From positions 18,073,836 through 18,137,835 of the forward strand of contig OZ316893.1 of NCBI GenBank assembly GCA_973895155.1: DNA of 64,000 nucleotides, read 5' to 3'. Every line of letters begins with the position of its first letter. The first letter of the stretch is position 1. The position numbers and the translations under genes were made by a program. A model generated the notes under the pieces. That model did no database searches and was not told the origin of the DNA. It worked only from the letters and a program-made list of their open reading frames with translations. The stretch is from Marsupella aquatica. Taxonomy: Eukaryota > Plantae > Marchantiophyta. Shown here piece after piece: positions 1 through 10,600 of this stretch.

Positions 1-2
1 TT

Positions 3-1817
3 ATGAGCAAAAACCGCTCGCTCCTCAGCATTAAGTCCTTGTGGGAACACCCCATGAAGTAACATCCGCACAATCTCAAAATACCGGGATGATTCCCCTT
101 CAATATGCCAAAGATGCTCATCCGGAAACTCATCAGACAGGCTCTGTTGATTCTCCAAACCTTGTAATCTTGACAAGAAATCAGCGTTCTCATGGTGCTT
201 GCCGGGTCGGACATGCACCTCATAATCAAATTCTTGAAGCAGGAGTACCCACCTGGCTACCCTTCTTGACAGGTCCACTTGATTAACCAGGTATTTCAAA
301 GAGTGATGGTCCGTGTGAAAGATAATCTGATATCCAAGAAGATAATGACAAAATTTCTTGCAGGCAAAAACAATGGCTAAGGCCTCCCTTTCGGTAACTG
401 TATAATTTTTCTCAGCAGCACTCATCTGCCTACTGGCATAATAAATGGGATGGTCCCGATTGTCATCATCCTTTTGACTCAAATTAGCTCCAATGCAGAA
501 GGCAGAGGAATCAATGAAAACATGAAACTTCCTACTCCAATCTAGTGGTGAGAGAATGGGCGCAGTCACAAGGCAATCTTTAAGTGTTTGAAAAGCTTGT
601 TGTCTTTCTTCATTCCAAACATAGGGTTCATCCTGTTTCAGCAGTTTGGTCAAAGGCAAAGCAACATCGGCATGTTTGTAAATGAATCGACGATAATACC
701 CAACATGCCCCAAGAAAGCACGAAGTTGCTTTAAATCTGCAGGGGGTTGAAGTTCCACAATCACCCGAACCTTCTCCTTATCTACCTCAATTCCACGTTG
801 GGAAATGACATGCCCAAGTAGGATACCCTCCTTCATACCAATAAAGCACTTCTCTGGATGTAAACACAACTGAGCCTCTCTACACTTCTGAAAAGTCTTC
901 TCTAGGTGCATCAAATGGTCAGCGGCTGATCCAAACACGCAAAAATCATCGATAAAAATCTCCATGAAATGCCTCAAATACTCCTGAAAAATGATCATCA
1001 TAATCCTTTGGAAAGTTCCGGGTGCATTACATAGGCCAAACGACATCATAGTGAATGCATAAGTGCCCCAATCAGTGGTGAAGGTAGTTTTTTCACGATC
1101 CTCTTTACGAATAGAAACCTGATTATAACCGGAGTAGCCATCCAGAAAACTATATAATTCATGCAATGCAACAAGATCGAGCACTAGATCAATGAAAGGT
1201 AAGGGATAGTGGTCCTTCTTGGTGGCTGCATTTAGTTTCTGAAAGTCCTGACAAACTCTGATTTTAGTCTTCCCATCAGGTCCTGCCTTCTTAGGAACGA
1301 TCACAATTGGTGAAACCCACTCGCTGCTCAGTACTGGATAGATGAACCCAGCAGTTGTCAACTTGTCTAATTCCTCCTTGACAAGTACAGAATACTTTGG
1401 GTTCAAGCGATATTGCCTTTGCCTGACGGGTACTGCCCCTTCCATCAAATCAATCCGATGTTCGCCCAAATGGGGGTGAATGCCCTTCAGATTCGAGTGG
1501 CTCCAGGCAAATACATCCTTATACTGAGTCAATAAGTTCACATACAATTCCCTTAACTCCCCCTGGATATGCTTACCTATGTTGAGAAATTTGCCGGGTT
1601 CAATCTCGATCTGCTGACATGCTTTGGGGTCTACTATACCATCAGTTAGATTGGATGGTGTAAGCTCTAATTTACCTAAATCAGACTCTGTTTCATCCTG
1701 GATATCTGGGGGCTGCCCTCCTACAATGGGTGTTGGTTGGACTGGCTCCTTCGAGCTCCTCTCGTCAACCAAAGGCACTCCTTGTAGGATGGACGGCTTC
1801 ATCCCCCGACTTAATTG
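3..1817 (-). CDS. pol: Pol of element A: reverse transcriptase + RNase H, open to the window edge (partial)
   Basis: Manual translation: YKDVFAWSH, SEWVSPIVIVPKK, CQDFQKLNAATKKDHYPLP, LDGYSGYNQ, FIDD, DSSAFCIGAILSQ; closely similar to the RT/RH of element C. Absent from the ORF track, consistent with no stop before position 1. Confidence 0.92.
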
Positions 1818-1820
1818 TCA
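1708..1820 (-). promoter_or_regulatory. Candidate stop-codon readthrough cassette (UGA-CAA-UUA plus extended 3' stem-loop)
   Basis: TGA 1820-1818 followed by CAATTA; 1807-1782 (GGGGGATG..GTCCATCCTACAA) is largely complementary to 1726-1708 (TTGTAGGAGGGCAGCCCCC). Confidence 0.6.
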
Positions 1821-3227
1821 AGAGGTAGCTACTGGTTTAATTTCCGTTTCTTTCTTGGTATCGGACAAATAAACCTCCAGGTAGCGTACCTCTTCCAATT
1901 CAAACTCCAGTGGCTCTAAAATCAAGTGAGAGTCAGAAAAGTCTGATGTATAACCGTCATCAGTCTGAGTCTCACCCTTATGCATGTCTGAAGCCCAGCT
2001 CACCACCACTTTGGGCTTACCAAATGACATCTCTTGATTCCTCCAGTTCACCTGCACCTGGGCTTTATACAACCACGGCCGCCCTAACAAAACTGGGAAG
2101 CTTGAAGGTACCTCCGGACTTATTATCACATATTCCAAAGTAAATGAAACACCAACAATCAGGGTATCAACCTTACTTAACTTTCCCACTGGAACAACTC
2201 GAGATTGGTCCGCCATGCGTAGGATCTTTGGTGTCGGTTCAAACTCAGTAAACCCAAGATTGAATGCGGTTTGCTCAGTCATGAGGTTGACGCTGGACCC
2301 ACCATCCACTGGTACTTTCCTCACCACACATCCTTGAATCTGCACATCAAGTTCTGGTGGTCCCTTATTCTCCCATTCCAAACGTAATACATCCACCTCT
2401 GGCAACTTCCGCCGCCTTCTCTTCCCTGCCAACAACCCTCTCAATTGTCTCCTATACACCGGGTTGTCTTGCAGTAATTCGCCAATGGTAATCTGAGCTG
2501 GATGATTTCTCACATCCTCCACAATATCATACCCCTGTGGTTTAGAAACAGGTTGATCAGCCTCCTTCTCAACGGGCTTTTGTACAGAGTTTGGTTTATG
2601 AGTCTTGACTAATTCTTCCAAGTGGGCTTTTACTTCAGCTGAAATATCTGGTATAAAATATTTGGAATCATAGCAGTCATAGGCTGGATCCTGATCCTTG
2701 GGAAGGCCCTCATCAAAAGGGATTCTTTCTTTTGACTTAACTCCTTTCCTGATTCTCCTTTCCTCTAACTTTCTCTCCTCCTTCCGCTTGGATCGAGTGG
2801 TGGCATATATGTTGGTCAGAACTTTGTCACGGTCCTGAACTCTGGCATTTGGCATGCCTACCACTCCTGGTTTCACCAAATGATTCACCAAAACATCAGG
2901 TACAACTCCCGCAAGTGGTTGACTGTAAATTGAGTCATCCCTCAGCTCCACCTTATACACAGGATCTGTATGTTGGACCATTCCACAATGCTCTGTTTCT
3001 TCTGAATACACCATCCGCACTTTAGCTTCTGGTCTAATCACATCCTTCACAGGCTCTTGCGCAAAACGCACCATCATCTTCGGCTTTGGAGGGCTAGGAC
3101 ATTCAATCGGTAAGTGACCTTCCTTCCCACAATTCCCACAGACAGGTGTATACCCCTCCTCTCTCTTGGGGTATGGACATTGCGGTGAATAATGATTTGG
3201 TTGGCCACAATTCCAACAGGAACCCTT
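1818..3227 (-). CDS. Gag C-terminus (two CCHC zinc knuckles) + aspartic protease of element A
   Basis: In frame after the TAG: CWNCGQPNHYSPQC and CGNCGKEGHLPIEC; protease motifs VDGGSSVNLM and LLGRPWL. Confidence 0.9.
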   Translation of the reverse strand, partial: KGSCWNCGQPNHYSPQCPYPKREEGYTPVCGNCGKEGHLPIECPSPPKPKMMVRFAQEPVKDVIRPEAKVRMVYSEETEHCGMVQHTDPVYKVELRDDSIYSQPLAGVVPDVLVNHLVKPGVVGMPNARVQDRDKVLTNIYATTRSKRKEERKLEERRIRKGVKSKERIPFDEGLPKDQDPAYDCYDSKYFIPDISAEVKAHLEELVKTHKPNSVQKPVEKEADQPVSKPQGYDIVEDVRNHPAQITIGELLQDNPVYRRQLRGLLAGKRRRRKLPEVDVLRLEWENKGPPELDVQIQGCVVRKVPVDGGSSVNLMTEQTAFNLGFTEFEPTPKILRMADQSRVVPVGKLSKVDTLIVGVSFTLEYVIISPEVPSSFPVLLGRPWLYKAQVQVNWRNQEMSFGKPKVVVSWASDMHKGETQTDDGYTSDFSDSHLILEPLEFELEEVRYLEVYLSDTKKETEIKPVATS

Positions 3228-4337
3228 CTATCGTGGAGCTCCTCTAGGGGGATAGCCTCCCGGGGGTCCAATAGGTGGCCTTGGTACGGGTCTACTAAAG
3301 GCAGGTTTTGGTGGTGCCCAAGTAGTCATAGGTGCAGGGGCAGGTGGGAAATACTGACTTCCTGATGCAGCCTGTATTGCATAAGTAGGCTCATACTCAT
3401 ACTCTTCTACCTCCTCTTGTCCTTCCAAATAATTTACTGGCATCCGCCACGTTGGACATTCATGGGGGTAGTGGCCTTGTTGGTTGCACCGAGTACACCA
3501 GACATTCATCCTCAGAGGGGGTGGTAATCGCCGTACAGGTTTAACTCCAGCAATGTTAACATTTAATTTAGTCAACTGCCCAGTGATCTCTTCCATCATA
3601 CGATCCATTTTCTTCTGGTTGGGGTTCTTAGGTGTTACCTTAGGCAGTGCCTTCTTCTTCCTCGAGGTAGTCTTCTCATAATCTGAACTTGTACTCGAGC
3701 TCTCGCTAGTACTCGAATCCGTGCTCTCTTCCTCTTCACTCGTGGTGGTATCAGTATCATCCTCCTCGGAATCAGATTTAGACTTAGACTTTTTCTTTCT
3801 TTTCTTTTTATCTTTCTTTAAATCTTTCTTTACACGCTTCTTTTCTGAAATTTCTGAATCCACATACTTCTGGGCTGCTTCCTGAACTTCCTCCAAAGTA
3901 GTACCACCTTCACGCCTGACATACCGAGCAATTCGTGATGGCAATCCATTGATAAACCAGTCCTTCACAGTAGACTTAGATGTGGCTGGGTTATACTGGT
4001 CCACCAAATCCAACAATTTATCCGCATATTTCCTCACAGACCCATGCTTCTTCATGTGTAAATGAGAGATCCGAGCAAAAGCTCGAGCGGCAGACCCCTC
4101 CTCTTTGTACTTTGCCAAAAAGGCAGCCTTCAACTTTCCCCAATCATGTTTATCTGGAAAGCGATCATACCACTTTTGAGCTCTCTTCTTCATCAGTCCG
4201 CCGAATAAATTGGCCTTTTCCGCATCTTGACTCTGTCCATTTGAAGTTGCGGCAGCTTCAAATTCCTTCAAATAGACTTCTGCATCCTCTTTAGATGATC
4301 CAAAGAATCTATCATATCTCACATTGTTTCGAGCCAT
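3228..4337 (-). CDS. gag: Gag of element A (capsid-like region, Lys/Ser-rich linker, CCHC knuckle), ending at a probably premature TAG
   Basis: ATG at 4337 (MARNNVRYDRFFG); AQKWYD, WGKLKAAFLAKY, WFINGLP and CTRCNQQGHYPHEC motifs; the frame continues after the stop. Confidence 0.88.
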   Translation of the reverse strand: MARNNVRYDRFFGSSKEDAEVYLKEFEAAATSNGQSQDAEKANLFGGLMKKRAQKWYDRFPDKHDWGKLKAAFLAKYKEEGSAARAFARISHLHMKKHGSVRKYADKLLDLVDQYNPATSKSTVKDWFINGLPSRIARYVRREGGTTLEEVQEAAQKYVDSEISEKKRVKKDLKKDKKKRKKKSKSKSDSEEDDTDTTTSEEEESTDSSTSESSSTSSDYEKTTSRKKKALPKVTPKNPNQKKMDRMMEEITGQLTKLNVNIAGVKPVRRLPPPLRMNVWCTRCNQQGHYPHECPTWRMPVNYLEGQEEVEEYEYEPTYAIQAASGSQYFPPAPAPMTTWAPPKPAFSRPVPRPPIGPPGGYPPRGAPR

Positions 4338-4401
4338 TATAGTAGCACTAAAATTAGAAGTTGGTAAGGCTGATTGAGTGGCAAAATATCGGCCACCCAA
4401 A

Positions 4402-5711
4402 GGCAAAATATCGGCCACCCAGGTCATCCAAGTGGAGAACTATCGGCCCAGGAAGTGGGCATCCTTCTTCGTCAAGAAGTTCCATGAGGAGATGGAGCGG
4501 AGAAGAAAGACTTTGTACCTTGGCGGAAAGGCATACTTTGCTAGCCACATCAAAATCATCATCGAGTGGTACGCTTGTCTCGACCGCCGCAGCCTCCCGC
4601 GTATCAACAAGCCCAAACTGACCCCGTCAAAATGGGTGTTCCCAGCCCAGGTGAGGCAAACGTAGCCCAAGGCCCAAAGTCTGGTAGCTGCAAGCCCTGC
4701 TTCCCCGGCCCCGCAACCCGCCGCTGCCGTCCCGCCAAGCATACCCATAGACGTTATCACGACCTTAGACGCGATCAATCAGGACAATGCAATCAAAGTC
4801 GGGCCGGATGAAGCCATACCCGAAACAGATGCCACGGTAGTCGAGGAGATTCCGCCACCCCTCGCGGTTGTGCAGGAGAACCGCCCACCTCCAGTGGAAC
4901 CAGCCCCTTCAACCAACTTACCTCAAGGGCTGGATGTGTACACTCTACACCCGCACGGGTTGGAGTCTACCCATGCCCGAATCCAGATGGACACAGTCTA
5001 GACCATCCGGAACTCTTTGCGCCGGGCACATTTCTGAACGGGTTGTTGGGAGATTTCTCTCAACAGATCTCTCGGGACATCGGGGAATACATGGCCCGGA
5101 GGGTGGCCTACTTCTTCAACCAGGAGTTGGTTGCGGTTGTAAGGGCAGGACATGCGCAGGCAGAGATAGCGCAGAGAATAGAGCGATACCGGGTTGAGTC
5201 TGCCTACCTGAAGGACGAAGTGGCAACCTTGGAGGTTGAACTCCAGCAACTGCGGCCTCAGGTAACGGCCACAGAGGACCAGGTTGCCGAGGCTAGGGCC
5301 CGAGCAACTTTAGCAGAACAGGCCGGGCTCGGAAAGGACGTTGAGATTGCACGGCTCCGGACCAAGATTGACGGTTTGAAGGGACAAGCCATCAATTGGC
5401 AAAAGGATCTGGAGGAAGCTGACTCTAGGTCTCAGCGGGACATAGCCAAGATTGACACCCTGAAGACAGAGGTGGTGCGGCTTCAAGGAGAAGCCACAAA
5501 ACAGGCCTAGTTGGTGGATAAGCTTACGAGCGACACCCAGCAACTGGAGGAGGCATGCCAAGAGGCCGCGAAAGAGGCGGACGCAACAAAGCGGGAGAAC
5601 AAATCTCTGCTGGACCAGGTCCAGCTACTCAAGCAGGACGCCGACAGACCCAGAAGGCAGCGGGATAGCCGCTCCCACTCAGGTGGCTCTGGCAAGCGTG
5701 CCAGGCATTAG
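4402..5711 (+). pseudogene. C-terminal part of the family-B LTR protein (end of PMD-like domain, Pro/Ala-rich linker, coiled coil)
   Basis: GKISATQVIQVENYRPRKWASFFVKKFHEEMERRRK matches ORF 43638-45227; 5043-5711 matches 40059-40679; interrupted by stops. Confidence 0.82.
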
Positions 5712-6580
5712 CGGTGGAGTAGGATTAAAATAGAGTTAGGAATAGCTAAACCAGGCTATAGGGACAAGCACCTGACCTAGTTAAAGCAGCACTGCCATGC
5801 TGTCCAGCCTATGTAGATTATGATCTTCTAATAAGACAAGCCATTTTCCGGCCTGACAGCCAGTTTTGAGCACAAGACCACTCCGGTCCTTGGCTCTTAG
5901 TATTTATTACACCCCTCGGTAGAAGGCAGGGGGGTTTTTTAGTCTCAGTGTTGGACATCCGCGGTATGTGCGGGGAGTCCCGACCTCTGGGAGTGAAAGA
6001 GTACCAAGGGGAGGGCGTAGGACTAAGCTCGCTGGGCGAGTGCGGAGCCGAGCTCTGTTCTAGTGTACACCCTCGGCCTTGGACCTGTTCATTCAAGAGC
6101 TTTCGGGTCAACTAAGTGTACGCATATGTCTCCTATGTAGTAAAATCCTTTCCCATTATTTCCTTCGTGTAAATCGAGATTGTATGCTTGTGCATATGTA
6201 TATGTGTGAATCTCGTGTATAGGTGTCAACGCTTGGCCAAATGCACTACCCAAGTTGTGCATGGGGTGCAGCTTGCGGGTAAGTGGTTGCGAGCCCGGGT
6301 TGAGTACCCGTATCATCAAATTCGAATCGAAGGCGGACAACACGAAGGCTTAGAAGCCCGTAAGCCAGGGTCGATCCTGCTATCGACTGAGGTACGTTCC
6401 GGCGGCGGAACACAAACCATACCTAGGAGGTGTCCATATATGACAATAGACGCACTTAGCGCTAGTTTACGTGAGTTAGGTGCATTCCGTGCCTCCCTCC
6501 CTGCCCAAACCCTCATTTTGGTGAAGGATGTGCATGTCTAAGCCGAAGCCCGGGTTAAGGCCTAGGCTGACGACGTGACA
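4402..6580 (+). mobile_element. 5'-truncated copy of the family-B protein-coding LTR
   Basis: Ends in GGCTGACGACGTGACA, the reverse complement of the 39169 terminus; colinear with the reverse complement of 39169-40807 and 43394-43960. Confidence 0.9.
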
Positions 6581-7089
6581 CACCCGGTTGCAAACATTTC
6601 TCTTTTGCCGACATAGGTGCAGAGAAATCAATCAAACCTTGTTTTATAGGACCTGGTGTCTGTAATTACTTATTTGGCTGTTTTCATGAGTTGAGACCAA
6701 TAATGCATGATACTAAGCATGCCTCGTGGTAGAATGAGGGAATGACTCAGGCCATACCAAGCATCAGTCATTTTATAGTGTGCAGCTTAGACGGTGGTGC
6801 GGGTTGCTATAATTCTGCTGAGTAACGCTTGAATATGCTATGGTAGGGCTTCATCCATTTCTTTATGCCATGTGCTGGGTTGTCTGAGAAGTGAAGTCCA
6901 TTCAGTTTTGATTGACTCTTGCAAGAGCCTTGACTCATGGAGTGGATTGGAATTGAAGATGGGTTGGGCTTTTTGAAGCTAGCTTGGTCTGTTGGTCAAT
7001 TCATGAATTGAGTGGATCACCCTTGGGAACTAATGCTGCCGTGTATACCAAACTTTGGCAACTTAGTAAAATGTAAAAATCATGGTAGG

Positions 7090-7235
7090 CCAACAATTCC
7101 CCACTTTCAATCTAGAAAATCTTTCAGTAATCTGTGAAAATGCTTGCCCAACAATTGCCCACCTTCATTCTAGAAAATCTTTCAGTAATCTGTGAAAATG
7201 CTACTCCAACAATTGCCCACCTTCAATTCAGAGAT
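7090..7235. repeat. ~58-bp tandem repeat, about 2.5 copies
   Basis: ccaacaatt(c/g)cccac(t/c)ttca..ctagaaaatctttcagtaatctgtgaaaatgct starts at about 7090, 7148 and 7206. Confidence 0.85.
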
Positions 7236-9813
7236 ATGACAAGGTGATACATGTGCCTATATGCTTCACTTGGAGGCTTATGCATGAGAAATTGCACATT
7301 GGATGGCTGGTGTTTTCACGTTTACTTTATGAAGAGATCCGATGTAGTTAGAATTGGATAAAGCGCCAAAAATGTACTAGTGATTTGTATCAGTGTAACA
7401 ACAAGCATTGGAATTTTTTAGGGAAGATTGAGGCTTGGTCTAAAGCCAAGGTGATTGGGAAGTCATCAACTATGTTCAACAACAACATACAAAGAGGAAG
7501 CCAAGGAGAGTTATGGAACTTGACTACCCTACCACTTTGCTTTGGCGTTGCTGACTCCAACGCCAAGCTTTTGTATGGTCCAGGCCTCCGGAACAACCAT
7601 CTGGTGGGGACTAGGTACAAGGATACTTGTGGGCAATGAAGAGTTGCACTAGCAAAGGCAAGCCACTGAGCTGGTGGAGTACACGAAGGACTTAGACTGA
7701 TATTGGGAACTGGTTGGGTCATGGGAAGGGCGGAGATCAGGTTGGGCCGCCTGGACCCCCAGATAGACTTTGATTTATGAGGGCCTATTAAGTGAGATCT
7801 CCTTTTGGGCCCAAGGCCAGAGCAGTTTGCTTCATGCGCAACAAACGCTTGGCGCATAAGATATGGCTTGGCTTGGTACATTCGGGATCCCTGTCTGATG
7901 ATGAGTTTTGAGGGCTATGGCATGGCCTGGCCATGAGCATTGCATTGGACCATTCACAACGGGATAAGGCACTTCACCTACGGACGTCTAATTAGGAAAT
8001 TATGGGCATAGCCAGTTAGTGGCGATCGGGTTGGAGTCCAAGTTTAGGGCTAAATATAGGAAAACAAAGTTGGTTTGGGGCTGTCAGGTCTCTAGAAGCA
8101 TATATGAGGGGAGTGATGTCTCCTTGGGGGCAAGGGCAAGCCCAAGTTGTGAAGTGCAATGGTTGGACTACTAAGAGGAAATGCCAAACAAAAACGACGA
8201 TAACTTCTCAACAAGAAGTCCGTTGGAGGAATTCTTGGATGTTTTGGAAAGCTCTCAAGGAGGAAATGATCCTTTTGAGCTCAACTAGGTATGGGGGTGC
8301 CTATGGTCCTCATGGTTTATGAGGGCTATCTTGCTCTTTTGCCAAATCCTGTAGAAACAACAGCCAAACCGCGTTCTATTTCTCACGGGAGCTTGCATTG
8401 GGGAGGCAATGCAGAGTAGGTATGGGTGTTGAGTTCCAAATGCATTTTCCCCCTAGACTCTCAGTTGATTTGGAGCCATGGAGGTGGTTTCTAGAGTCCC
8501 AACGTTTGGGACAAGCTGCCTTGGAATTTATTTTTATTAATTTTTTGTTTGTTTAAGCCGCAAAAACCCCGCAATAGGGGGGAACTCACAATGCCAAACC
8601 ACAAAGGAACCACAACATGTAGGCAGTCCACCACCCTAGCCAATCCCAAGACCAACCAGAATCAAAAAGGCCTACAACCTATAACATCCCCACTAGACAA
8701 TCCCCCCAAAACCCGCCACATGGGGGGAAGGCCTAGCCTATCTAAGCCCAAGTCTAATGAAAGCATTATCTAATAGTACCATCCCATGTCCAGCCAATCT
8801 TGGCGCCAAGCATAAAGCATGTACCTGAGCCCATAGTAACAATCAACAAGGGGTTTGGCCCGGCCAAAGCAACCCCTCAGCCCCCCGAACCTCAAAAGAT
8901 ATCAGCCCAATACAATACGCCCGTTGCTGCTCCTTAGCCAGCATCTTCTTTCTATCTCCACCTCTTCCTTGACCCTTAATAACCAAGAGTGCTTCTGCCC
9001 AGGTGTGGGAAGTGGAGGCAAACCCCTTGTAGGTGATCAGCAGCTTCCAAAAGCATCATCCTAACATCAAAGCATTGTCGACCATCCACCTTGAACATCT
9101 GTTCATTTCTCCCAAGCCATAGCATCCATAAAACCTGATACAACACAAAAATCCGCATAGTCTGCTAGTGTACCCAACCCATTGAAATTGTCAGCCTCTC
9201 TAGCATCCCTGTCCAGGAACAAAAAGAGCACCCCCAAAATAGGTGCAACACAAAGACCAGCACGCACTAGCATGCGCACATTGTACAAACAAGTGGAGGA
9301 TACTCTCCATCTCTTTTGGACAAAGCGAGCACAGCCTTCACACGCTCCAATGGTGAGGCTACTGGATCTGGTGAATAATCCTCCTATTTGCCGCAGAAAT
9401 GTCTTAGCACAAGTAGATAAATCTGAGCACCACAAGTCACGTCGTCGTTGACACCAATCTAGTTCGGTCATGTGGCTGTTCAAATTCCAATTTCATCTTG
9501 TGAAATCCAAACCCTTGGGTCTTAGTAGTTGGTATACATGGTGATTAGGGATTTTAGACCCTTTGATCGGGTGTCCTAGTCCCCCCATCACCAGCAGCAA
9601 GCACCCAATACCAACATCCTTATACAGTCGTTGCCCGTCATGATTCTTTGTATAAGCATCTGGCTTCAAGCTCAATGCACTTGCTCAAATCCATGCAACA
9701 TGCTCCATTGCAGGTGTCAACCTCAGTCCCAACAGTCTGATACCACTCTAATCCCTAGTCTTTCGCAATCTCTATTGTGAGTGCAACTTCTGTATGAGAC
9801 CAAGTGTGGGATC

Positions 9814-10252
9814 TGTTGGGTATTTACTCTTACGTCTAGGTTAGGTATGACGTGGTTGGTACAACAACATGGGTTGGTACAACTACATGGTTAGGTACAA
9901 CTACGTGATTAGGTACAACTATGTGGTTACGTACAACTATGTGATTAGGTACAACTACGTGATTAGGTACAACTATGTGGTAAGGTACAACTAAGTTGCA
10001 CACTATATCATAAGAGGCATGTGTGCTTGGAGAGGTAGAACCAAGGCTCATTGTTATGGAGCCACTTGAGAGATAGGGAGAGCTTACACTGTGGAGACTC
10101 GATATAGCCGACGGGCTTAGAGTTCAGTAAAGCTCTCTTGTGTGTTCCCGTGGACGTAGCCTCAAGGAGGTGAACCACGTATCTCTTGTGTCGACTATTG
10201 TGCGTTGGATGGTTCATGGGCTTGCCGTTGCAATCATCGTCTATGCTCAACA
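9814..10252 (+). mobile_element. Solo LTR, 439 bp, Ty1/Copia-like
   Basis: TGTTG...CAACA termini; 5-bp TSD GGATC (9809-9813 and 10253-10257); CCCGTGGACGTAG..GGTGAACCACGTA motif typical of plant Copia LTRs. Confidence 0.88.
9853..9993. repeat. 18-bp minisatellite, about 8 copies, inside the solo LTR
   Basis: Unit ttaggtacaacta(c/t)gtg(a/g); it explains the NHVVVP repeat of ORF 9836-10051. Confidence 0.92.
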
Positions 10253-10540
10253 GGATCCCTATGAACATCAAATTGTGTCCTGGACTCTCTATCTGCCAGG
10301 AAATGTAGTAGCACCCAGAACAAAGCGTTTGGGCCAAACTTTGGGACAAGCTAGATATTTGGGCCATGGACATGTCTTGGAGGTAGGGCAATCAGCCATT
10401 GATAGGTAGAAAGTGGGGGAGCTTGGGTGACACCCAATAGAGAGGTTTATCTGGATGAATAGTGGTTGTCAGCCTTGGCTTCAGCTATGGCAAGGCCATA
10501 CGGGTCCGGGAGGTTCAGTCCGCTGACCTACTTACTAACA

Positions 10541-10600
10541 TTTTTTTATTTACATTTTTTTTAAAGAGAAACCTGTGAAACCCCACATAAAGGGAAGAGT
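10541..10600 (-). mobile_element. Very short L1 3'-end stub with poly(A)
   Basis: T-run 10541-10562 next to the CCC..GTGGGGTTTCACAGG motif shared with the other L1 3' ends. Confidence 0.5.

Larger units (their letters stand above)
1..4379 (-). mobile_element. Ty3/Gypsy LTR retrotransposon 'A', internal region; 5' LTR/PBS missing, 3' part runs off the window
   Basis: Domain order gag - CCHC knuckles - protease - RT - RNase H in one reading frame broken by two stops (TAG 3228-3230, TGA 1818-1820). Confidence 0.93.
8526..10500 (-). mobile_element. Degenerate 5'-truncated L1-type LINE (ORF2 C-terminus + tail), interrupted by a solo LTR; right boundary approximate
   Basis: VLYQVLWMLWLGRNEQMF..LEAADHL resembles the C-terminus of ORF 18442-20130; T-rich tail at 8526-8554; similarity (FVLGATTFPGR vs LCLGTAAIPGH) resumes after 10257. 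Confidence 0.72.

Noticed and set aside
3228-3230. TAG within gag of element A as a programmed stop
   Set aside because: It separates zinc knuckles that are contiguous in the gag of element C and lacks a leaky context; probably CAG>TAG.
9853-9993. CRISPR-like array or repeat protein
   Set aside because: Head-to-tail 18-bp units without unique spacers, inside a solo LTR.
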